Assembly: GCA_964374115.1 (NCBI GenBank)
Contig: CAYJXK010000001.1
Span: 20,790 to 84,789, forward strand
Length of the DNA stretch: 64,000 nt
Source of the DNA: an uncultured Gammaproteobacteria bacterium
GTDB taxonomy: Bacteria; Patescibacteriota; Patescibacteriia; Magasanikbacterales; UBA922
Direction of reading: 5' to 3'
Part shown: piece by piece, positions 28,087 through 38,089 of the stretch
How positions within the stretch are numbered: the first letter of the stretch is position 1
Layout of the letters: the number at the start of each line of letters is the position of its first letter
Made by a program: the position numbers and the translations under genes
Notes under the pieces: model-generated
What the model was told of the DNA's origin: nothing
The model's database searches: none
Seen by the model: only the letters and a program-made list of their open reading frames with translations

Positions 28087-31000
28087 ATGCCCGATGAAAT
28101 TCATAATTTATCCGAAGCCGAGATGGCGGAGAGGAGGATGAAAATTGATGCCACTGGCTCTACAGCAGAACCAGAACAGGCAGAATCATTGCCGTCGGAT
28201 TTGGAAGGAAAATCTTGGCTGATTTTGGAATTTATCAATAAAGATCCGGATTATTTTTTTGAACGATGCAAAAAATTTCATAAAAAAATAGCGATGGAAC
28301 TGCTGGAGTCAGTTGCAGATGGTTCATCCAGTGATACAATTGAAGAATTTTTATTATTACACCTTGATCGTTTTACTGGCCTAGACAAAGAAGTCGCGCT
28401 GATGTTTTTCAACTTTCATAATTTTGACGAACTTAGAAAACAACTCATCGAATATGTTTTTGCCCACCCGGAACATTTTTTTGGTTTTGCTTTGGATAAA
28501 GAATTGGCAATATACCTGTTGAATCAGCACATGTATCACTTTGAGTTAGCCGGTGATTCACTTTTAATTGCACATATTGATCGTTTTACCGGATTAGACA
28601 AAGAGATAGCTTTGCTATTGGTGCGTCAGAAAGAAAAAAAAAGCGTAGAGTACGTTTTGACACACCCGGAGTACTTTTTTGGATTCTCACTTGATAAAGA
28701 AGTAGTCTTAGGATTGTTGGGGAATAAGCTTTCTTTTTCAAAGGGAAAATTATTACTCAAGTTTTTTGATCATTTCAACAATCTGGACAGAGACGTTGCT
28801 TTAGCGATTTTAAAAAATACGACGGGCACAGAACAGATGAATTGCGCCGAGTTTATTCTTTCTCATCCCGAACATTTTGCCGGGCTAACATTTGATCAAG
28901 AATTCCTCTTGCTGATTCATGGTTTAGGTAAGGAAATGGACGTGTTGTGTGATTATATTGATAAATTTTCTGGCCTTGACAGAGAGGCTGCCATAAACTG
29001 TCTGTGGCGGGGCGGCAAAAAATTAGTCACCTATGTTTTTTCTCATCCGGACCATTTCACTGGTTTTGCCCTTGATAAAAAACTGGCGCTCGAAATCACC
29101 TGCCGGTTTGAATATCTTGAACCCTTTGTTGATAATTTTTTGGGATTGGATAAAGACGTTGCGATGAATTGGCTTGGGTGGCGTTCTCAAAGAGATGATT
29201 ATAATAAGACATACGCTGAATATGTCTTATCCCATCCTGAACGTTTTGCTGGGTTCGTTTTAGATGCCAATGTAGGGGATTTAGCGATTTCGTACGACGA
29301 TATAATCTGTAGAACAGAAAAAGTTACACAGCGTATTTTCAAATTTCTTGGTCATTTGGCTGGAGTAAAGCTGAGTAAAGATTTAGCCAAAAAATTTATT
29401 AATAATCATGACACTCTTCAGTATGTTTTAGATCATCCTGAACAATTTGGGGGGTTGGACAAAGAGTGGGCATTTGAACTAATCAAAAAAAGTCGAGTGA
29501 AGATTAGTAACGGTAAGGAAGAGGGTATAGACGGTGCAGAGTATGTTCTATCACACCCTGAATTGTTTAACGGGTTTAGTTTTAATAGTGAGTTGGCGTT
29601 GGCGCTACTCGCCGACGATATAGGTGCAATTGCCCTAGCTAAACATATCGACAAATTCATTGGTTTGAGTAAGGATGTTGCGCTTGGATTGTCAAAATAT
29701 AGATCATATAGAGTCGGATTTAAATGGCAGGATTTAATAATTGCCCATGTTGATAGTTTTGTAGGTTTAGACCAAGAGATCGCGGTTGCTTTAATTAGTG
29801 ACTTTATAGATAATAAAAAGGAAGGTGAAAAATATTTTGCGTATCTCTTTTTGAATCCGCAACACTTTGGCGGTTTAGGCAAGTCCATGGCAATGAAATT
29901 GTTAGCCGATCGAAGGAGTGATTTACTTCTAAAGTATATTGATAATTTCACCGAATTGGACAAAGAAGTGGCACTAGGGTTGCTTCGTACCCGTAAAGAA
30001 GGGACTCTATATGTCCTTTCCCATCCAGAACATTTTTCCGGTTTTGTTTTTGATAAAGAGGTCGCTTTAATTTTAGCTGAGGTAGGCGAGGGTGTGGCCC
30101 ACATAACCGAAGATCAGCTAGCGCAATTTGTTGGCCTAGACAGAGAAGTAGCTGAAGGCTGGCTTTCGGTGCGCACCTCGTTGCCACTGGCTGAGTATTC
30201 CATCTCTCACTCCGAGCGATTTGTTGGCTTTAAGTTGGATAAAAAAACAGCGGACATTGCCTTCTCGGCAGGGCATTGGCAATTAGTCAGGAAATACATC
30301 GATCAATTTAGTGATCTGGATCAACAGACAGCGGAGAAATTTTTTAAGCATGGTGATGACGAGGTAGCCCGGTATGTCCTTGCTCATCCGGATAATTTTG
30401 TCGGACTGAATTTGAATAGGGAGTTAGCTTTGGTTCTTCTTGATACCAAACATGCGGGCGCACTTTCCGATTTTATCCCCCAGTTTACCGGTTTAGACCA
30501 TGGGATAGCCATAAAGTTATTTGAAACAAAAAAGGCTATCGAAAATACCATCAAGAATGCTGATTGTTTTTCCGATTTTGTATTAGGGGAAAGCACTGCT
30601 CAGGTGTTACTGGATTTAGGCCAGCCAGAATTGTTGATAAAATATATGAGCCAGTTCACCGATTTGAATGCTAAATATCTTCACCTTGATCAGCCATTTC
30701 GTGAATATTTTTTGAGTATTTTATCCAGTGGGCAGATTCCAGTGCTTACGCAAGAGGATTATCATTGTCAAGAAGAGTATCATTACATACCAAAGGAGAT
30801 TGACGATACCGAAGATGAAGGGGGCGGAGCTATGAGGGAAAATTTTTTGGAAGAAATTTTTCAAGCCAACCGGGTAGCGGCATTTAATCATACTAAAGAT
30901 TTAAAACTCCCTTCCAAACAATTGTTTTCGGTTGCCCATACATATAATTCAAAAGATGATTTCGAGATATACAAAATGCTCATGACCAACGGATATCTTG

Positions 31001-33093
31001 TCAAGGATATTCTTGAATACAGTTGGGTTTTAAAAAATAAAGAAATAGCCACATTCCCTTCAGAAGATAAATTTCCGTGTGATAAACCTCGCGGTGCTCA
31101 AGAATCTTGGCTTGCGCGCCACGCCTTCCATATCCCCGAAGGTTGGCAGACAAAACGTTTGGGCAGTATTATTTACAATCGTCTTCATACGGGAATCGAC
31201 ACTAACCTTCACGACGCCACGTATTGGCTCAAAGATTTCGACGTTCCTGGTTCTGCCCATGGCACAACATACAAAGATGAGAACGCGGAATTACTTCTTT
31301 TATTGTCGACAATGGATACGCCCGAGAAGATGCGCGCCCGTTTGCCGTCAAATCCCAATCGTTACCGTGAGTTATTTGCGTCGTCAGCCGGCGAGTTAGT
31401 CTATCAAGCCCTATTGCCCTTGGCAAAAGAAGGCCCGGTGGCGATAGAACAGTTGAAATCGAGCATGCGTGACATTCTAAGCCAGTTGGATTCTTCAGAA
31501 GATCAGCAACGACAACTCAAAATCCCTCTACCTAATCTTCTGGAAGAAGTAGAGAACCTGTTAACTAATCTGGCCGCCCGTGCAGAAGAAGAACATAATG
31601 ATATACCAGGGCTCCTCCAACACTTAAAAATTGTCAGCCAAAATCGTACCAGATATATTGATGAAGCTCAGACGTGGGTGCAAACCCATCAATCCACGCC
31701 TCGTTCCCTTCTTCAGGTTGCTTGGACTAATCGGCCTCTCGCTTTATCTGACGGTTGTGCCGATAATCCGCGAGCAATTAAACAGTGGGCTGATATAAAT
31801 ACCCTAAAATTTTCGGTTGCCGAAATGGAGAAAAATGGACGTTTACCAAAAAATTTTTCTATTTCTGATGTGAAAGCTTATACCCCCTGGCTCAACGAAT
31901 TGGTTCGCTGTTACTCCGGTGAAACCGCCGTTCAAACTGTAGCACTTCTCAAAGAGGAGTTTAACCCTGAATATTATATTCCACCCGCAAAAATTGATCT
32001 CGACCACGGTTGGGTCGGGGAAGTTCTCCCCAAGAATGATCCGCGTGGTTTTACGATTGGGTATGATACTGGTTGTTGTATGACGCTGGGTGGAGCGTCC
32101 GAGAGCTGTATTCATGCCGGCTACACTGATCCCTCGTACGGTTTTTTCGTCCTTTACCGCGATGGTCGGCTGTGCGCACAATCTTTTCTGTATACCAACA
32201 CGGGAAAGTCACCCGGAACGATTATCTGCGACAATATTGAAGCTAACGAAGGACGTGATCAGGAAGAGGTTTTAAGACGCTATCAGGAATTTTTTCGAAA
32301 ATATATTCGCCAAGAGCTGCAACGTGACCCGAGTAGTCCTTTTGTTGAGATCAACGTAGGAATCGGTTACACTGAAGTTGGGCTTGATTCGCTTGAGTCT
32401 GCTGATCAGATCCCTATGCCGCTAAAGGAAGGCGAACATATTTATTCGGATGCTAGCGTACAGAAAAAATTATTTAAGCTGGACAATGAAGAAATTGAAA
32501 AAATAAAAGCCGAACATGCCGCCGCTCCGAAAAAACGTCCTCGTCTGCAGAAATTTGAAAACGCCCAACCAATTGAACACCTAAAGCCCAAGACATTTGT
32601 TGATTATCCGGTACCTGAACAGGCCCCCATACTAGCCGAAATCGAAGCGGCGACGTATCCCGAAAACCAGCGTCGCGGCATTACGTTCTTTCAAGAGGAA
32701 CTGGCGCAGTCAGTGGGGAAAAATCTTTTGGTTATTGAACAGCGCGAAGGAAATGAAATTCCGGTCGGGTATGCGCTCGTGAAGGAAATAGACTCGCCCG
32801 ATTCTGGAAAGGTTATACAGATCTCTGAAATTGCCATTGTCGCCGATGCCCAGAAACAAGGATTTGGCAAAGCGTTATTAGGAAGCATTTTAGCAGGAAA
32901 TAGAAGAGGGCCGAGTAATTTTATTGATTTTCACATTAGGGACCAAACGTTTTTCAATGCGTTAAGGCGCAATGAAAAACTAATCACTGAACAGGGATTT
33001 CATGTTATGAGTGACACTATCCAAGGCGACGAACATCTATTACGGCTAAAGAGAAATATCCGACCTGCTACGGGAGAAGTGGATGATGAGTAA
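28087..33093 (+). CDS. Giant (1668 aa) tandem alpha-helical-repeat protein. About 17 alternating ~40-aa repeats are followed by an unassigned Cys-containing central region and a C-terminal GNAT-like N-acetyltransferase domain.
   Basis: Repeat unit pairs h(I/V)DxFxGLDKE(V/I)ALxLL with YVLSHPEhFxGFxLDKE(V/L)ALxLL (aa ~85-830). The C-terminus VGYALVKEI...ISEIAIVADAQKQGFGKALLGSIL matches GNAT motif A. The gene is visibly AT-richer than its neighbours and uses TTA/CTA Leu codons that are rare elsewhere in the window. Confidence 0.75.
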   Translation: MPDEIHNLSEAEMAERRMKIDATGSTAEPEQAESLPSDLEGKSWLILEFINKDPDYFFERCKKFHKKIAMELLESVADGSSSDTIEEFLLLHLDRFTGLDKEVALMFFNFHNFDELRKQLIEYVFAHPEHFFGFALDKELAIYLLNQHMYHFELAGDSLLIAHIDRFTGLDKEIALLLVRQKEKKSVEYVLTHPEYFFGFSLDKEVVLGLLGNKLSFSKGKLLLKFFDHFNNLDRDVALAILKNTTGTEQMNCAEFILSHPEHFAGLTFDQEFLLLIHGLGKEMDVLCDYIDKFSGLDREAAINCLWRGGKKLVTYVFSHPDHFTGFALDKKLALEITCRFEYLEPFVDNFLGLDKDVAMNWLGWRSQRDDYNKTYAEYVLSHPERFAGFVLDANVGDLAISYDDIICRTEKVTQRIFKFLGHLAGVKLSKDLAKKFINNHDTLQYVLDHPEQFGGLDKEWAFELIKKSRVKISNGKEEGIDGAEYVLSHPELFNGFSFNSELALALLADDIGAIALAKHIDKFIGLSKDVALGLSKYRSYRVGFKWQDLIIAHVDSFVGLDQEIAVALISDFIDNKKEGEKYFAYLFLNPQHFGGLGKSMAMKLLADRRSDLLLKYIDNFTELDKEVALGLLRTRKEGTLYVLSHPEHFSGFVFDKEVALILAEVGEGVAHITEDQLAQFVGLDREVAEGWLSVRTSLPLAEYSISHSERFVGFKLDKKTADIAFSAGHWQLVRKYIDQFSDLDQQTAEKFFKHGDDEVARYVLAHPDNFVGLNLNRELALVLLDTKHAGALSDFIPQFTGLDHGIAIKLFETKKAIENTIKNADCFSDFVLGESTAQVLLDLGQPELLIKYMSQFTDLNAKYLHLDQPFREYFLSILSSGQIPVLTQEDYHCQEEYHYIPKEIDDTEDEGGGAMRENFLEEIFQANRVAAFNHTKDLKLPSKQLFSVAHTYNSKDDFEIYKMLMTNGYLVKDILEYSWVLKNKEIATFPSEDKFPCDKPRGAQESWLARHAFHIPEGWQTKRLGSIIYNRLHTGIDTNLHDATYWLKDFDVPGSAHGTTYKDENAELLLLLSTMDTPEKMRARLPSNPNRYRELFASSAGELVYQALLPLAKEGPVAIEQLKSSMRDILSQLDSSEDQQRQLKIPLPNLLEEVENLLTNLAARAEEEHNDIPGLLQHLKIVSQNRTRYIDEAQTWVQTHQSTPRSLLQVAWTNRPLALSDGCADNPRAIKQWADINTLKFSVAEMEKNGRLPKNFSISDVKAYTPWLNELVRCYSGETAVQTVALLKEEFNPEYYIPPAKIDLDHGWVGEVLPKNDPRGFTIGYDTGCCMTLGGASESCIHAGYTDPSYGFFVLYRDGRLCAQSFLYTNTGKSPGTIICDNIEANEGRDQEEVLRRYQEFFRKYIRQELQRDPSSPFVEINVGIGYTEVGLDSLESADQIPMPLKEGEHIYSDASVQKKLFKLDNEEIEKIKAEHAAAPKKRPRLQKFENAQPIEHLKPKTFVDYPVPEQAPILAEIEAATYPENQRRGITFFQEELAQSVGKNLLVIEQREGNEIPVGYALVKEIDSPDSGKVIQISEIAIVADAQKQGFGKALLGSILAGNRRGPSNFIDFHIRDQTFFNALRRNEKLITEQGFHVMSDTIQGDEHLLRLKRNIRPATGEVDDE

Positions 33094-33129
33094 TCATTAA
33101 ATTTAAAAGAGTATACTAATAGTAATACT

Positions 33130-33723
33130 ATGGATACGGAACAAAAATTTTTACAAAATGTAATAGAAACAGGGAAAGACCGTCGTGATAAACTATCAGT
33201 CATTTTTTCTCCTCTCACCCAAGATGATATTCCACTTGTCACAGAAATAGAAAGACGCATCTACCCCGAGGCCGTCCGTACCGAAGATTTTGAAGAAGAA
33301 CTTGGAGATGCTCTTGAAGATCCGGAGCATAATGCGAGTTTTGTCATGAAAAATCGTGAAAACAATATTGATGTCCCAATAGGTTACGCGATCGCATATG
33401 GCGAAGAATCTGAACTCGACGGAGAAGACGGACCGGTTTTATATGTGTCTGACCTCGCGCTCCTGCCCGAATACCAACGCAAAGGCGCTGGCCGGGCTAT
33501 GCTGTACCATCTCCTGGAAATTGCCGAACAACACCGCTTACCGATCGAATTCCACGCCCGGGAAGGTACTTCGTATCAAGCACTTAAGCATGCTGAAGGG
33601 GAGTTAGCAAGCCATGGTTATAGGATTACTCACGATGAATTCCTGCCCGATTTTTATAATAATGATGATAGGCCAGAAGCTGAAAATGCCCATTTTGTTC
33701 GGTTAGAGAAGAATCTGGAATAA
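33130..33723 (+). CDS. Stand-alone GNAT-family N-acetyltransferase, paralogous to the C-terminal domain of the upstream giant protein.
   Basis: VSDLALLPEYQRKGAGRAMLYHLLEIA (motif A Q/R-x-x-G-x-G/A). The N-terminal segment EIERRIYPEAVRTEDFEEEL parallels EIEAATYPENQRRGITFFQEEL in the giant protein. Confidence 0.75.
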   Translation: MDTEQKFLQNVIETGKDRRDKLSVIFSPLTQDDIPLVTEIERRIYPEAVRTEDFEEELGDALEDPEHNASFVMKNRENNIDVPIGYAIAYGEESELDGEDGPVLYVSDLALLPEYQRKGAGRAMLYHLLEIAEQHRLPIEFHAREGTSYQALKHAEGELASHGYRITHDEFLPDFYNNDDRPEAENAHFVRLEKNLE

Positions 33724-33750
33724 TGTTCTTATGTTGTATTTTTATTCAGT

Positions 33751-34440
33751 ATGCCTCACACCGTGACACTCCCTCACTTCACCGGTCCTCTCGATCTTCT
33801 TCTCAATCTTCTTCATGAGCGCAAGATGAACATTGGCGAGGTCGCTCTTTCTCAAGTTACGGAGCAATATCTTGCATACATGGACAAACTCGAAAAGGAA
33901 GATGCCGATGAGCTCGCGGATTTTCTTGTGATTGCCGCAAAACTTCTTCTTATGAAAGCACGAGCGCTGTTGCCACAAGAATTTGCCGAAGAAGATGAAG
34001 GGCCCAGTCTGGCCGAACAGCTCCGACTCTACCAGGCATATGTGAAGGTGAGTAAGGTGATTCAAAAACGATGGGCGAGTGATGCTGTATCATTTTTCCG
34101 CGCTGAGCCAGCTCGAAAAATCGAGAAGTTTATTCTTCCTAAAAATGTATCAGCGTCAATTCTTCACGAAGCCATGATGCGAGTAGTGGCGCGCTTGACG
34201 CCTCGTGTGGCGCTTCCCACGAGCATGATTGATCGGACGATTAGTTTACAAGAGAAAATGAATATTCTGCGCGACCTGTTGCGGAAGGCAAAAAAAATTG
34301 TCTTTTCAGATCTTCTTTCATCTGCAAACAAAACAGATATGATCGTGAGTTTCCTCGCTCTCCTGGAACTCATGAAGCAACATCATATTTTTCTTTCGCA
34401 GAATCGCGTGTTTGAAGAGATTGTGATTGAACGGGTTTGA
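33751..34440 (+). CDS. scpA: Segregation and condensation protein A.
   Basis: FTGPLDLLLNLLHERKMNIGEVALSQVTEQYLAYM...FLVIAAKLLLMKARALLP. Confidence 0.85.
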   Translation: MPHTVTLPHFTGPLDLLLNLLHERKMNIGEVALSQVTEQYLAYMDKLEKEDADELADFLVIAAKLLLMKARALLPQEFAEEDEGPSLAEQLRLYQAYVKVSKVIQKRWASDAVSFFRAEPARKIEKFILPKNVSASILHEAMMRVVARLTPRVALPTSMIDRTISLQEKMNILRDLLRKAKKIVFSDLLSSANKTDMIVSFLALLELMKQHHIFLSQNRVFEEIVIERV

Positions 34441-34468
34441 TTGGGTGATGAGGTGAAAAAATATACAT

Positions 34469-36109
34469 ATGTCCAAACGTCGCCTGGCGCTTTCATCAGT
34501 TCTTGCATTAGCCATACTCTTCGCCTTCACCCCCTCTCTCCGCTCTTCTTTCGTGAGCGACGATTATGATTGGCTTCGTCTCACGCGAGATTCTCGCCCA
34601 ATTCAAACCTATTTCACGACGAATTATTTCGGCACACGTGATGGCGGGAGCTATACGCCGATGCTCAGCCTCTTGTTTACGTTTGAACAATGGGCTTTTG
34701 GTCTGCACCCGCTGCCATTTCATATCTTTGGGGTTCTCCTTCATCTGCTGAATACGGGGATGATCTTTGTATTGATGTTTCAGTTTGTAAAAAAACGATC
34801 GGTGGCTTTCGCGTCGGCCATGATCTTCGGACTCCTCCCGAGTCATAGTGAAGCTGTCACATGGATTGCGGCAGTGCCACATGTGCTTGTGACGAGTTGG
34901 TATCTGGGCGCATTACTTTGCTTCACACGGTTTTTTTCTTCTCACAAATGGTCGTGGTATGTGGGCGTGCTTCTCTGTACGATAGGAGCGCTTCTTACGA
35001 AAGAGAGCGCCATCACGCTCCCTATCACTCTTATTCTCCTGGGAATTATTTTTCCTGCAGAAGAGAAACAGACATTCACTCTTCGCCGAGCGGTCTTACC
35101 CGCCCTATTGCCGATTGTTTTTGTCCTTGTGTATCTCCTCCTTCGGGCATGGACCACGGGAGTACTCTTCGGATATTATGGACGCGCAAGTCTGGATATT
35201 GATATCACAGCCATGTTCAAGATGTATGTCGAGTCTACCATCGGAATTCTTTTTTCTCATCCGTGGCGTGTCACTCTCACATCGTTTGTCTTTGAGTATA
35301 GATGGTTTTTTCTCCTCCTCCTTTTTTTGTTTCTATGGGTCCTCGCGCGAACGAAAGAATATAGACGGTTTTTCTTCTTTTTTGGTGGAGGATATGTGGT
35401 GTCGCTTCTCCCTTTTCTGCAATTATTGTGGAATCAACACAATACCGAAGGCGAACGATATACCTATCTTGCGTCTGTTTTTTTTGTTCCTATCTTGATG
35501 GTATGTTGTTTCACTCTTTTTAAGAAATTTCGTCATGCGGCGGTGCTCCTGTCTTTGGGAGGTATTGTCGTGGTTGGCTTCATGGGTCTCTCTCTCTTTC
35601 AAAAAAATAAAATTTGGCAAGAAGCAGGAACCATTGCCGACAGAATCCTCGAGTCGTATTCCACTCTCGCGATTGAACCGGATGATGCATTGCTTTTCAT
35701 CGGCATTCCTGATAATCTATATGGTGCGCAAGTTTTTCGAAACGCTCTCAAAGAGGCTCTTGTCCTTTATGGTTTGGTTTCTCGAGACGCGCAGACAGAG
35801 CGGCTCGGAGCATATACGATGTTGGACAGAGAGAATTCTCATGCACATATTGTGGACGTAGAGAAGACAAGTAGCACGAGCATTGCCCTTATCCCCAAAC
35901 AAGAGGGAGTTCGAATTTTTACTGGGTTCCCCAAAGGCACGCATCCATTTGGCACATTTTTTCTCGAAAATTTTCAACGTGATCATACGGGTTCGGACAT
36001 TCGAGTGGAGTTTGAAGAGGAAAAATTGGAAGCATTGAGAGCGCAGGGGCGGAGATTGTTGATTGTGTATTTTGATGAAGGGAAGTTGCGGATGTACGCG
36101 GTACAATAG
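34469..36109 (+). CDS. Polytopic membrane protein, putative PMT/ArnT-like (GT-C fold) glycosyltransferase.
   Basis: About 12 predicted TM helices. An early periplasmic-loop acidic motif FVSDDYDW resembles the GT39/GT83 DE/DD motif. The assignment is tentative. Confidence 0.45.
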   Translation: MSKRRLALSSVLALAILFAFTPSLRSSFVSDDYDWLRLTRDSRPIQTYFTTNYFGTRDGGSYTPMLSLLFTFEQWAFGLHPLPFHIFGVLLHLLNTGMIFVLMFQFVKKRSVAFASAMIFGLLPSHSEAVTWIAAVPHVLVTSWYLGALLCFTRFFSSHKWSWYVGVLLCTIGALLTKESAITLPITLILLGIIFPAEEKQTFTLRRAVLPALLPIVFVLVYLLLRAWTTGVLFGYYGRASLDIDITAMFKMYVESTIGILFSHPWRVTLTSFVFEYRWFFLLLLFLFLWVLARTKEYRRFFFFFGGGYVVSLLPFLQLLWNQHNTEGERYTYLASVFFVPILMVCCFTLFKKFRHAAVLLSLGGIVVVGFMGLSLFQKNKIWQEAGTIADRILESYSTLAIEPDDALLFIGIPDNLYGAQVFRNALKEALVLYGLVSRDAQTERLGAYTMLDRENSHAHIVDVEKTSSTSIALIPKQEGVRIFTGFPKGTHPFGTFFLENFQRDHTGSDIRVEFEEEKLEALRAQGRRLLIVYFDEGKLRMYAVQ

Positions 36110-36182
36110 AGATAAACTTTTTCGCAGAAATGTATCTCGTATCGTACAAACACGGAAAACAAATAAAAGAGACGTCGAAACT

Positions 36183-36791
36183 ATGAACCAAGAACCAAGA
36201 ACCAAGAATCGACTCACTACGATTCTCGAATCCATCCTTTTTGTCGCGTCAAAGCCGCTTGCGATACGAGACATTGCCAAATCGACAGGAGAGAAAGAGG
36301 CGAGTATTCGAGAAGCGCTTGACACGGTAAAAGAACGATATAATAGAAAAGATTCGGGTATCCAGATTTTGGAAATAGGGGATACGGTCCAAATGGGGAC
36401 GAATCCAGCGTGCGCGCAAGGAATCAGCGCATTTATCACAGATGAAATCTCGGAAGAACTCACCAGAGCCCAGCTCGAGACCCTCACGATTGTGAGTTAT
36501 CGAGGGCCGATCACGCGAGCAGAACTCGAGCAAATCCGAGGCGTGAATTGCGCGGTGATTATCCGAAATCTGTTGATGCGAGGACTCATCGAAGAAAAAG
36601 AACGCGAGCATGAAATGTTTCCAGTGTATATGTTGTCAATGGAAGCAATCCAACATCTTGACATTCGTTCTCCAAAAGAATTACCAGAATATGAAATACT
36701 TTCTGTGCATGAACACATTGAGGCACTTCTGCAAGAAAAAGATAGCACGTCTCCTCAAGCACGAAAGGAATCTTTCGTCGAAGAAGAATGA
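36183..36791 (+). CDS. scpB: Segregation and condensation protein B.
   Basis: ILESILFVASKPLAIRDIAKSTG; two winged-helix repeats. Start at the ATG at 36183 (MNQEPRT). Confidence 0.85.
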   Translation: MNQEPRTKNRLTTILESILFVASKPLAIRDIAKSTGEKEASIREALDTVKERYNRKDSGIQILEIGDTVQMGTNPACAQGISAFITDEISEELTRAQLETLTIVSYRGPITRAELEQIRGVNCAVIIRNLLMRGLIEEKEREHEMFPVYMLSMEAIQHLDIRSPKELPEYEILSVHEHIEALLQEKDSTSPQARKESFVEEE

Positions 36792-36792
36792 T

Positions 36793-37809
36793 ATGACGAT
36801 CAATCTGATATCAGGCCAGGAGATCCACAAGGAAAATGCATGGAGGAATGCTTTTTGTGTCAGTCTTTTTTTCATCGGAGTGATTGTCTGGAGTGTGTGG
36901 ACGTATCAGGAGAAAAAAGTTTCAGTGACACAGGCAGCCGAGAGTGAAGGAGCGCTCGATAGTGGCATGCCAATTCCTTCCACACCATCAGAACCAGCGC
37001 CGCCGATGCTCATAGGAGTAGATCGTATTCAAGAAGAGATATTTTCGGCAGAAGCGATACTTGTCAAAGATGTTGAGAGCGACGCGATTTTATATCAGAA
37101 ACAACCTGAAATCATACGGCCGGGAGCGAGCATTGTGAAGCTCATGAGCGCTCTTGTGTTTCTCGAGGACGACGTGTCGTGGCAGAGTACGACAACAGTG
37201 ACACACGATGCGGTCGTTGACACACACATGTATGAAGGCGATACATATACGATCGAAGAGCTCTGGAATGCGGCGCTTGTTGCTTCATCGAACAAAGCGA
37301 TTTTGACTCTTGTTGACACCCTTCCGTGGGGTCGAGATGCATTTGTAGAGCGTATGAACCAAAAGGCTATGGAAATTGGGATGACACACAGCACCTTTGT
37401 TGATCCTGCTGGTCTTGCGACGGAAAATCAGGTGACTGCATCTGACGTGGTTATTCTCTTTGGGGAAGCGATGGAACAAGAAAAAATTCGCTCCACACTA
37501 CTCATCAAAGAAGGAACACTTTTTTCAAAAGAAAGGAATAAAAAACATCATTTTTGGAATACGAATTGGCTGCTTCTTGGCTGGATTCCCCATGGGTTTT
37601 CTGTATTTCATGGAGGGAAAACAGGCTACACAGAGGCAGCCGGGTACAATTTTGTGATGCGCGTCGAGGACAGCCGTGGCAAAGTTCTCGATGTCGCGAT
37701 TCTTGGCGCAGATGCCAACGAGGCGCGATTTATCGAGGCACGCGATATTGCCAATTGGGTTTTTTCACAGTATGAGTGGGTGGGTGCGGTGACATCCACA
37801 GGCGAATAA
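36793..37809 (+). CDS. dacA: D-alanyl-D-alanine carboxypeptidase (peptidase S11, PBP5/6-like).
   Basis: SxxK (ASIVK), SxN (SSNKA) and KTG (GGKTGYT) motifs. N-terminal TM anchor. Start at the ATG at 36793. Confidence 0.8.
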   Translation: MTINLISGQEIHKENAWRNAFCVSLFFIGVIVWSVWTYQEKKVSVTQAAESEGALDSGMPIPSTPSEPAPPMLIGVDRIQEEIFSAEAILVKDVESDAILYQKQPEIIRPGASIVKLMSALVFLEDDVSWQSTTTVTHDAVVDTHMYEGDTYTIEELWNAALVASSNKAILTLVDTLPWGRDAFVERMNQKAMEIGMTHSTFVDPAGLATENQVTASDVVILFGEAMEQEKIRSTLLIKEGTLFSKERNKKHHFWNTNWLLLGWIPHGFSVFHGGKTGYTEAAGYNFVMRVEDSRGKVLDVAILGADANEARFIEARDIANWVFSQYEWVGAVTSTGE

Positions 37810-37835
37810 AAAAAGAACGTCCACGTTCTTTTTTT
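37808..37835. terminator. Bidirectional intrinsic terminator (A7-GAACGT-cc-ACGTTC-T7) shared by the dacA-like gene (+) and tRNA-Leu (-).
   Basis: 6-bp GC-containing stem with a 2-nt loop, flanked by A-run and T-run. Confidence 0.6.
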
Positions 37836-37837
37836 GT

Positions 37838-37924
37838 TGGTGCCGCGGGAGAGAATCGAACTCTCATGACCTTGCGGTCGCGGGATTTTGAGTCCCGTGC
37901 GTCTGCCAATTCCGCCACCGCGGC
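37838..37924 (-). tRNA. tRNA-Leu (anticodon CAA), class II with a long variable arm.
   Basis: Reverse complement GCCGCGGTGGCGGAATTGGCAGACGCACGGGACTCAAAATCCCGCGACCGCAAGGTCATGAGAGTTCGATTCTCTCCCGCGGCACCA. Has a 7-bp acceptor stem, anticodon stem CGGGA/TCCCG, loop CUCAAAA, a GTTCGATTC T-loop and an encoded CCA. Confidence 0.85.
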
Positions 37925-37952
37925 CTTTATTACGATCATAGCGTATATTGTA

Positions 37953-37981
37953 TTGATCATTCTGTCAATATGGTGTATACT
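37953..37981 (+). promoter_or_regulatory. Candidate sigma70 promoter (TTGATC-N17-TATACT) upstream of parA.
   Basis: TTGATCattctgtcaatatggtgTATACT lies about 110 nt upstream of the parA GTG start. Confidence 0.4.
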
Positions 37982-38089
37982 TTTTTTGAGAATGAATTCA
38001 TGATCCATGTTTTATCTTGGCATCATCTCATTCCTTTTTTCTTTCCGCCAATAGGCGGAACATAATTCATAATTCACGATTCATCAGGT

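Noticed and set aside
37730-38008. 92-aa minus-strand ORF.
   Set aside because: It reads straight through the tRNA-Leu gene and terminator.
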